Shown here: piece after piece, positions 37,239 through 44,216 of the stretch | How positions within the stretch are numbered: the first letter of the stretch is position 1 | Layout: each line of letters begins with the position of its first letter | NCBI GenBank assembly: GCA_965261935.1 | Contig: OZ253485.1 | Location: 106,832-170,831 of the forward strand | Source of the DNA: Dehalococcoidia bacterium | GTDB lineage: Bacteria > Chloroflexota > Dehalococcoidia > Lucifugimonadales > G963668185 | Length of the DNA: 64,000 nt | Direction: 5' to 3' | The notes under the pieces: model-generated | Seen by the model: the letters and a program-made list of their open reading frames with translations, nothing else | What the model was told of the DNA's origin: nothing | The model's database searches: none | Program-made: the position numbers and the translations under genes

Positions 37239-38544
37239 GGTACAGACCGGGGAGATAGGTTACATCTAAACCGGGCACATGGGTAACACAATGTGGGATT
37301 GTGAGAACCATTCCACAAGGAGGCAAGTGTGTTGCCCTGGAGAGATACGAGTCCGGAGTCTGAGCGATTGCGTCTGATCGAGCGTTACGCCCTGGGAGAG
37401 GAAAGCGTGGCCGAGTTGAGCCGTCAGTTCGGCGTCAGCCGCAAGAGCGTCTACAAGACGATCGGCCGTCACAAGGCCGAGGGTGAAGCGGGTCTGCTAG
37501 ACCGCAGCAGAGCGCCGCATCACCACCCGAACGCGACACCCCCGGAGTTGGTCGATCGGATCATAGAGATGAAGCGAGATCATCCGTTGTGGGGACCCAA
37601 GAAGGTAATCGGCAGGCTGCGGCTCATAGGGCCTGACAAGTCGTGGCCGTCGGCCAGTACGGCGGGCGTCATACTGGACCGTGTCGGACTGGTGAAACGT
37701 CGGCGGCGCAGGCGGCGCAGCACGCCGTGGGGCGAGCCCTTCTCAGGCGCCAGGAGGCCAAACGACGTGTGGTCGATCGACTTCAAGGGGTGGTTTCGCA
37801 CCGCAGACGGGACACGGATCGACCCTCTGACTGTCCAGGACGCGGCATCGAGGTATCTGCTGGTGTGTGACGGACTTGAGCGGCCCAATGGGCCTGAGGC
37901 CAGGCGCGTTCTGGAGCGTGCATTCCGGGAGTACGGCCTGCCCAGAGCCATCCGCACGGACAACGGCCCCCCGTTCGCCGGCGTGGGACTTGGCAGCCTC
38001 TCGTCGCTGTCGGTGTGGTGGGTCAAGCTGGGCATCATCCCTGAGCGCATCGAACCCGGACACCCCGAGCAGAACGGTCGCCTTGAGCGGTTGCACCGGA
38101 CGCTCAAGGCTGAGACGGCCACGCCTCCGCAGGTCAACCGCAGGCGTCAGCGTCACGCCTTCGACCGCTTCAGGCACAGCTACAACAACGAGAGGCCGCA
38201 CGAGGCCCTGGGACAGCGGCCTCCGAGTCTGCTGTACACGCCCTCGTCCAGACCCTATCCTGCACGCATCAGCTCACCGCAATACGGATCAGGAGTCACG
38301 GTCCGCAGCGTCCGCAGCAACGGCGAGATCAAGTGGAAGGGAGACCTGATCTACCTGAGTGCGTCTCTCAAAGGCGAACCCGTCGGCCTCGTACAGCAGG
38401 ACGAGCAAACCTGGTTCATACAGTTCGGCCCACTCATCATCGGTACCCTGGATGATCACGAGAGACAGATCGACAAGACACCCGTAAAAGTGTTACCTAT
38501 GTCCCCGGTCTAACTGTTACCTATGTGCCCGGTCGTACAGGGTG
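37239..38544 (+). mobile_element. IS481-family insertion sequence (about 1.3 kb)
   Basis: Imperfect terminal inverted repeats of about 48 bp (37241-37289 vs 38490-38538). Each is built of two GACCGGGnAnATAGGTnACA sub-repeats. There is a single DDE transposase ORF. AGGGTG is present on both flanks (37233-37238 and 38545-38550), where the uninterrupted repeat unit has it once. Boundaries are good to about 10 bp. Confidence 0.8.
37329..38513 (+). CDS. IS481-family DDE transposase (HTH + integrase core)
   Basis: N-terminal HTH (VAELSRQFGVSRKSVYK); WSIDFKG (D), IRTDNGPPF (D), PGHPEQNGRLERLHRTLK (E). Confidence 0.85.
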   Translation: MLPWRDTSPESERLRLIERYALGEESVAELSRQFGVSRKSVYKTIGRHKAEGEAGLLDRSRAPHHHPNATPPELVDRIIEMKRDHPLWGPKKVIGRLRLIGPDKSWPSASTAGVILDRVGLVKRRRRRRRSTPWGEPFSGARRPNDVWSIDFKGWFRTADGTRIDPLTVQDAASRYLLVCDGLERPNGPEARRVLERAFREYGLPRAIRTDNGPPFAGVGLGSLSSLSVWWVKLGIIPERIEPGHPEQNGRLERLHRTLKAETATPPQVNRRRQRHAFDRFRHSYNNERPHEALGQRPPSLLYTPSSRPYPARISSPQYGSGVTVRSVRSNGEIKWKGDLIYLSASLKGEPVGLVQQDEQTWFIQFGPLIIGTLDDHERQIDKTPVKVLPMSPV

Positions 38545-38676
38545 AGGGTGATACCCCGCCGCGAGTGGCACGAAGAGCCTGCCCCAATTCCGTTCGCCCT
38601 GAGCTTGTCGAAGGGCCTTGTCCAAGAACCCGCTCCGAGTCGCTACAATGCTTGCCACCCAGTGGAGCCCTCCCGC

Positions 38677-39381
38677 CTACGCCAGCAGCTCCGCGGCCAG
38701 CTCGACGAAGTCGTCCACGACGATGTCAGGCTGGTACTCCGATACCTCCGTCGGAAGTCCGTACCTGTCGACGTAGGCCGCCCTGAAACCGCACGCCTGC
38801 GCGCCCAGGATATCGAACGAGTGCGCGGCGACCATCATGATCTCCCCCGGCTCGCACCCCAGCCGCTGTACCGCTTTGCGGTAGATCCCGGGCGAAGGCT
38901 TGAATGCGCCGACCTGGTCCACCGATATTATGGCGTCGAACCTGACTGGCACGTTGTTGCCCAGCAATTCTTTGAGGTACCACTGCTCTCCATTCGATAG
39001 GGCGACCAGCGTGTAGCGCCCCGCCAGCGTCCGCAGCCCTTGGACGGCGTCCTCGAAAGGCCGCAGGCCTTCATAGGCCTCCATAAACTCCCGGACCGCC
39101 TCGTCGGTGTAGCTGACGTTGTGCTTCTCCAGGCAGTAGACGAACGCCCGCCGGCACGTCTCGAGGTAGCCGCTGTGTCCCAGCATCAACAGGTTGTCCT
39201 GGTACTGCTCGATGCGCTGCCGTTCCCGCCAGTCGGCGTAGAACGCCTCGCACGTCACCTCCGAGCCGTGCGCCGCCAGGAAGTCTCCGACGGGACCCGT
39301 GAGGCTGCCGGTGAGGTCCATCACCGTGCCAAAGATGTCGAACGCCAGGAACCTCACGCGAGCAAGATATTCGTCGACCAT
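38677..39381 (-). CDS. HAD superfamily hydrolase, haloacid dehalogenase type II-like
   Basis: FLAFDIFGTVMDL (DxxGT), LSNG, HSFDILGA motifs. Confidence 0.75.
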   Translation of the reverse strand: MVDEYLARVRFLAFDIFGTVMDLTGSLTGPVGDFLAAHGSEVTCEAFYADWRERQRIEQYQDNLLMLGHSGYLETCRRAFVYCLEKHNVSYTDEAVREFMEAYEGLRPFEDAVQGLRTLAGRYTLVALSNGEQWYLKELLGNNVPVRFDAIISVDQVGAFKPSPGIYRKAVQRLGCEPGEIMMVAAHSFDILGAQACGFRAAYVDRYGLPTEVSEYQPDIVVDDFVELAAELLA

Positions 39382-39504
39382 GCAACAGCCCTCCTACTTC
39401 AACCGGCCCGCGACCCAACCGTCAACCACCAGCGCCCCCGCGTTCGCCTTCCCCCAACCTCGCGCCGTGCGCAACATACCGATGGCGGTCCTGTGGGCCG
39501 TGCC

Positions 39505-40584
39505 CTAAAGCGAGTAATGCTCCCTCGCGGCGAGGTGAGTCGGGTCATCCAGCCGGAACGTGTCCGGATTCTTCCCTCGGTCCAACGCCAGCCAATACGT
39601 GAACAGTTGCAATGGCGCCACGTAAACGATTGGCGACAGCGCCTCGGTCACACTTGGCAATCTGACCGCGTGGTCCGCCAGCGACGCCATCTCCTCGTCC
39701 CCTTCGGTCACCAATGCGGTCAGGCCCGCCCCTGTTGCCTTCACCGCCCTTCCAATCTCCAGTGACCTTCCGTACCCCGGCCCTGGCGGGGAGACCAGCG
39801 TGACCGACCATCTTGGCCCGGTCGCCACGAACGGTCCGTGCAGGAACTGTTCGAGTTGAAAGGCCGCGGTCACGTCGTAAGTTGCCTCGTTGATTTTGAG
39901 CGCAGCTTCGTACGCCGTGGAGGCGTTCGGTCCCCAGCCTGCGAAGCAGTACGACCCGAATTCCCGGACCTGCCCCACCAGCTCCTTCACCACCGGCTCG
40001 CTCTTCAGGGCCGAGGCCACCGCGTCGGGCAGTCCGACGAGTTCGCGGCCAAGCTCTTCGCCCCCTGGCAGCCTGGAGGCTATCAGGGCCAGCGCGGTCA
40101 TCGCTCCGGTGTGGCTGACTGTGAAGGCCGACGACCTGTCTCGGTATGTCGTCCTTACGACAACGTCCGCCTCTTCCAGCCTCGCCTCGGACGTTTGGCA
40201 CGTAACGATGGCGGTCGTTGCTCCCGACTCCTTCGCCAGTCTCAACGCTTCCGTCGAGTAGCGCTTGGTCCCGCTGTGTGCCATCACAATGACCAGGTCT
40301 TCTTCGGTAAGCGGTGGAGGGTAGGACACAAACTCGAACGAATTCCACGCATGGGCGTCGTGATGTCCCACCGACCTGAATAGATGTTCACCTACCAGTG
40401 CCGCATGCCACGACGTTCCGATCCCGCACACATACGTCCTTCTTGCCTTCGACGCCAGGGCTGCCAGTTCGTCCGCAACCGGCCCCTGCGTTTCCAGGAT
40501 CTGAGCTATGGTCTCAGGCTGGTCCCGGATGCAATCGTGCATATAGTACGGGTGGCCTTCTCGACGCGGTGGTCTGCTCGTCAT
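39505..40584 (-). CDS. Double SIS-domain sugar-phosphate isomerase/deglycase-like protein (GlmS-isomerase/AgaS/FrlB-like)
   Basis: VCGIGTSWHAALVGEHLF and a second SIS half (CFAGWGPNASTAYEAALK). Confidence 0.75.
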   Translation of the reverse strand: MTSRPPRREGHPYYMHDCIRDQPETIAQILETQGPVADELAALASKARRTYVCGIGTSWHAALVGEHLFRSVGHHDAHAWNSFEFVSYPPPLTEEDLVIVMAHSGTKRYSTEALRLAKESGATTAIVTCQTSEARLEEADVVVRTTYRDRSSAFTVSHTGAMTALALIASRLPGGEELGRELVGLPDAVASALKSEPVVKELVGQVREFGSYCFAGWGPNASTAYEAALKINEATYDVTAAFQLEQFLHGPFVATGPRWSVTLVSPPGPGYGRSLEIGRAVKATGAGLTALVTEGDEEMASLADHAVRLPSVTEALSPIVYVAPLQLFTYWLALDRGKNPDTFRLDDPTHLAAREHYSL

Positions 40585-40654
40585 AGTCTCACTCCCGGAT
40601 TCGAGACCTTTGCGTAACTACGATGGGAACGGATAATGGAGATAATCTGGTCCC

Positions 40655-40790
40655 TTCTCCCCTTGTGGAGACCTTTGCTTAACTGCCGCCTCGGCGGATG
40701 GGAGAGACTCTCCGGCCCCTTCCCCAGTCTGCTGGGGAAGGCTGGGATGGGGATTCTCCCCAGCGCACAGGGTTACGCAAAGCTCTCCGT
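40655..40790. repeat. Composite palindromic intergenic repeat (modules GAGACCTTTGC and CCCCAGTCTGCTGGGGAAGGCTGGGATGGGG)
   Basis: The same modules recur at 49779-50035 and, for the TTTGC module, at 42502 and 43483. Confidence 0.7.
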
Positions 40791-40909
40791 GTAGGCTGGG
40801 ACTTGCGAGTATAGCCCAGCACTCCCTAACCGGTCACCGCCCGCATTGCCTGAGCGACTTCGGTCGACACTTCGAATCGTCTGCCAGGGCTCGGGGCATG
40901 TTTCCCGTC

Positions 40910-41038
40910 CTAAGAAACTATCTCAAAAGGGTGCTTCGACGAGCTCAGTACAATCTGAGCTATACAGAAGATCGTTCGCCCTGAGCCTGTCGAAGGGTAA
41001 TGCTCCGAGTTTCAGATGCTTTTGAGATAGTTTCTTAG
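40910..41038. mobile_element. MITE-like element (129 bp) with perfect 20-bp terminal inverted repeats
   Basis: CTAAGAAACTATCTCAAAAG (40910-40929) and CTTTTGAGATAGTTTCTTAG (41019-41038). The interior carries the GTTCGCCCTGAGCCTGTCGAAGGG REP module and its partial inverse (CTTCGACGAGCTCAG). Confidence 0.65.
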
Positions 41039-41284
41039 TCGTGCCAGCCCACCCGGCCGGCACATGCGGGGAAAATCGTTTCAGCCTCATTAGCGACTGT
41101 AGGCACAGGGCGGTGTACCATCGGCAACTCCGCCGCAACAGCCCAGCGAGACCTACACGTCGAAAGTTGATGCCAACCCCGCCAACTACGGCGACCAGCG
41201 TACCCGTGTCAGACGACTTCGCCGTGATGCCTCGCCCAGCGGACTCAACCGCATGTATTGCCCGTTTAGTGCAGTCTCCGCCCC

Positions 41285-42289
41285 TCAAGAAAATCCCGTT
41301 CGTTGGGCGGTCCACTTCCGCGCGATCACACCCTGCGCATCCTGGAATGCGCGCAACGTCGGCAGTCCCGGGAGCGGCGGTTGCACAGCCTTGTACGTGA
41401 AGTATCCCGCCGTTGCGACCACTGCGGCGGTGACGGCATCGCTATCAGCGTCATGAAATGCGAAGTGCATGGAGGCCACATCCTCGGGACGTGGGCCGCC
41501 CTGCATTGGCACAGTGGCGGCAAACGCGACTGCGTCCATCCACGGAGGGCCGACGCGAGCAAGAGGCCAGTCGACGAACCATGTACGACCCGGCGTGAAC
41601 AGGATGTTGTCTGCCCGGACGTCCATGTTCAGCAGAGTGTCGCCCATCAGCGCGCTTCCGACAGTCCTCTCGATCGCTACCAGCGTCTCAATGTGTCGGC
41701 GCGACCACTCATCCACGTAGTCCATCCGGGACGGCTGTTCGTTGCGTAGCCGGCTCCAGCCATGGACAACCGGCGCGAATGCGCTGCCCGCCGATCCGAC
41801 CATGGCTGCTGGCAGCGGCGACGGGGTCAACAGCGTGCTGAGGTCCTCCAACGCACCCACTACGCGAGGTACCTCCGCCATCTGCCACGGCTCCGACGGA
41901 TGGTGGCCGTCCAGGTCCTCGAAGACCAACACGACCCAGCCGCCCTCGCCCTCGTCGCACGACCACAGCAGCCGGGGGACGGGTGCAGTACTGGGCAGGG
42001 CAGTCATTACTCTGGATTCCCGCCGGTGCATCGCGGGCGTGTCTGGCCTGGGCTCAGGTCCGACGGCCTTGACCAAAACGCGCCGACCGTCGTCCGCGGT
42101 CAGCCGCGCCGCCACACCGGGCGAAAAGCCGGTGCGCTGCGTGGCTGCCCGGACGACTCTCCCACCCAGCCATCGCTCGATCTCACCGCGCACGCGCCTG
42201 GGCATATCTGCCCATTCAAGTCTGACGCCATGGTCCGGGGGCAGCAGCCCCAAGCCTTCCTCTGCCTTCGACTCCGCCGGCTGAGTCAT
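41285..42289 (-). CDS. Phosphotransferase (APH/choline-kinase-like) family protein
   Basis: LNMDVRADNILF (Brenner-like D..N) and WFVDWP (DxD-like) motifs; about 330 aa. Confidence 0.65.
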   Translation of the reverse strand: MTQPAESKAEEGLGLLPPDHGVRLEWADMPRRVRGEIERWLGGRVVRAATQRTGFSPGVAARLTADDGRRVLVKAVGPEPRPDTPAMHRRESRVMTALPSTAPVPRLLWSCDEGEGGWVVLVFEDLDGHHPSEPWQMAEVPRVVGALEDLSTLLTPSPLPAAMVGSAGSAFAPVVHGWSRLRNEQPSRMDYVDEWSRRHIETLVAIERTVGSALMGDTLLNMDVRADNILFTPGRTWFVDWPLARVGPPWMDAVAFAATVPMQGGPRPEDVASMHFAFHDADSDAVTAAVVATAGYFTYKAVQPPLPGLPTLRAFQDAQGVIARKWTAQRTGFS

Positions 42290-42501
42290 GCTCCGGTAAC
42301 CTGCCTCCGTTGTTTAGACCACCAGTCATGTTACACAGGCAGGGACAGGGCAAGGCTTAGTATGCAGGAAGGTCTCAGTCTCCGCCGGCCTGTATCCGAG
42401 CGTCTTGTGCGGTCTCCCCGCCATCATGCCTGGGCCATACCTCTACTTCAGAGTCTCGTCGGCACCGGTTTCCCACGCCCCGCACCTTGATTCCCGCAAC
42501 G

Positions 42502-42650
42502 GGAGACCTTTGCATTCCCTCCTCTCCCTCAATGGGAGAGGACTGAGAGCCTGTCCCGAGTCTCTCGAGGGATGAGGGTGAATGGGGACAGGTGCGGGGC
42601 GCAGCGTGCAAGTTTCGCAAAAGTCGCCAACGGCGGGAATGACGAGGTGG
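42502..42650. repeat. Single copy of the about 150-bp composite repeat that forms the 43.5-kb tandem array
   Basis: GGAGACCTTTGCA...CCTCTCCCTCAATGGGAGAGGACTGAGAGCCTGTCCCGAGTCTCTCGAGGGATGAGGGTGAATGGGGACAGGTGCGGG...GCAAGTTTCGCAAAAGT.GCCAACGGCGGGAAT is nearly identical to 43483-43650, in the same orientation. Confidence 0.85.
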
Positions 42651-42841
42651 GGCGGCCAGCTAGGAAAGCCACTTTTATCTCACGATGCTGGCCTATGCGT
42701 GAAGGTCTCATGGAACGGCAGTAAGGCCATTGGTCCCCCGACCCACCGTCCATTAGCCTCTAGCCTCGATGCTGGCGTCGGTACAGGGTTTGACCCCGCC
42801 CTGCTTCTGTAACTACAATGGTGTAGTGTGCCAGAGGATGA

Positions 42842-43137
42842 TTGCGCTTGCGTTGGACATGGGACGAGACCAAGAATGAAGCGAACCCTCGGACCCACGG
42901 ACTCAGCTTCGAAGCTGCCGTCTACGTGTTTGACGATCCGATATCTGCGACGCAGGAAGACCCATTCCCACATGAACAGCGGTGGCGGACTATCGGCATG
43001 GTGGGCACTCAGGTCGTGATGGTAGTCCACATTTGGCCCGACATCGACGGAAGACCGCTGATGAGAGCGGACGCATCATCTCCGCACGCAAGGCTACGAG
43101 ACGTGAGAGGGAGGCCTATGAAGAAGGACATCACTGA
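42842..43137 (+). pseudogene. brnT: BrnT family toxin gene with a 1-nt frameshift
   Basis: The N-terminal frame gives LRLRWTWDETKNEANPRTHGLSFEAAVYVFDDP...VVMVVHIW. The conserved C-terminus GRIISARKATRREREAYEEGHH* is encoded in the -1 frame (stop at 43135-43137). The listed 188-aa ORF is an artificial BrnT-N/BrnA fusion. The shift lies between about 43030 and 43068. Confidence 0.75.
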
Positions 43138-43408
43138 CCTGCCGCCGGACGTTCAGGCTCAGGTGCGAGCGTTGGAGGCCCTCCCTGACGATCAGATCGA
43201 CACGACCGACGCCCCGGAGATTCTCGACTGGTCCGACGCCAGGCGAGGCGTCTTCTACCGGCCCGTGAAGCAGCAGATTACGCTGAGGCTCGACGCCGAC
43301 ATCATCGCCTGGTTCAGGGCCCACGCCCGCGACGGTCGCGGCTACCAGACCGCCATCAACGCGGCCCTCCGCGAGCACGTCCAAAGCACGGCACGTTCCG
43401 CAGGTTAG
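43118..43408 (+). CDS. brnA: BrnA family antitoxin
   Basis: MKKDITDLP...IDTTDAPEILDWSDARRGVFYRPVKQQITLRLDADIIAWFRAHARDGRGYQTAINAALREHV shows the CopG-like BrnA C-terminal signature (RLD.D...WF...G.GYQT.IN..LR). Confidence 0.8.
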   Translation: MKKDITDLPPDVQAQVRALEALPDDQIDTTDAPEILDWSDARRGVFYRPVKQQITLRLDADIIAWFRAHARDGRGYQTAINAALREHVQSTARSAG

Positions 43409-43482
43409 ATACGAACGGGGTCATCCGCACAACGTGACTCGCCCCGGGCGAAACCTCGCCCGCCGCGACTCCACCCACACTT

Positions 43483-43925
43483 GGAGACCTTTGCACAACC
43501 TTGTCATGAGCGCGACAAGACCTCCTCTCCCTCGATGGGAGAGGACTGAGAGCCTGTCCCGAGTCTCTCGAGGGATGAGGGTGAATGGGGACGGGTGCGG
43601 GCGCAGTGAGCAAGTTTCGCAAAAGTTTCCAACGGCGGGAATCCAGGAGCGGGCCGCCGAGTCATGAGCGTAACAAGACCTCCTCTCCCTCGATGGGAGA
43701 GGACTGAGGTGAGGGTGAATGGGGACGGGTGCGGGCGCAGTGAGCAAGTTTCGCAAAAGTCTCCAACGGCGGGAATCCAGGAGCGGGCCGCCGAGTCATG
43801 AGCGCGACAAGACCTCCTCTCCCTCGATGGGAGAGGACTGAGGTGAGGGTGAATGGAGACGGGTGCGGGCGCAGTGAGCAAGTTTCGCAAAAGTCTCCAA
43901 CGGCGGCAATCCAAGAGCGATGCGC
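43483..43925. repeat. Tandem array (3 units; 158, 134 and about 130 bp) of a composite hairpin-rich repeat
   Basis: CATGAGCG(C/T)(G/A)ACAAGACCTCCTCTCCCTCGATGGGAGAGGACTGAG...GTGAGGGTGAATGGGGACGGGTGCGGGCGCAGTGAGCAAGTTTCGCAAAAGTCTCCAACGGCGGGAATCCAGGAGCGGGCCGCCGAGT recurs starting at 43505, 43663 and 43797. Unit 1 has an extra about 24-bp hairpin (AGCCTGTCCCGAGTCTCTCGAGGGAT). Confidence 0.9.
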
Positions 43926-44216
43926 CGAGCAGGGAATATGCAGCGTTCCCTTCACGATGTTGACTCGCATTTTGGGTTACGACAACACTTCCACCCTTGG
44001 GCGTGGCCGCTCGTAGGCGATGTCCAATCGAACACGTTTCCCAAGACCTCGCCGTTCCCATCAAGCGCATCCAACTGGACAAGTTCGGGGACATTTGCCC
44101 CAGGTTTCGTACTGTTCCCGTAGCCGGACTGCTGGACTTCCCCCTTTGGCCGATGGGATACTCTGTTCGAGTTCTCACTGCTGTTTCATCACGCATCGCT
44201 AGGTTTATAGCGAAAT

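Noticed and set aside
43483-43925. Possible CRISPR array (regularly spaced repeats)
   Set aside because: The units are 134-158 bp and repeat in their entirety. There are no unique spacers between short repeats and no cas genes in the window. It is a tandem minisatellite of REP-like hairpins. The same reasoning applies to 37041-37238 and 49779-50035.
43920-44216. Possible upstream extension or separate small gene in front of the methyltransferase (ORFs 43920..44123, 43997..44239, 44020..44202)
   Set aside because: There are three mutually overlapping short frames with no motif support. None is in frame with the 44217 ATG without crossing a stop. I treat this as 5' UTR/promoter DNA until a homology search says otherwise.
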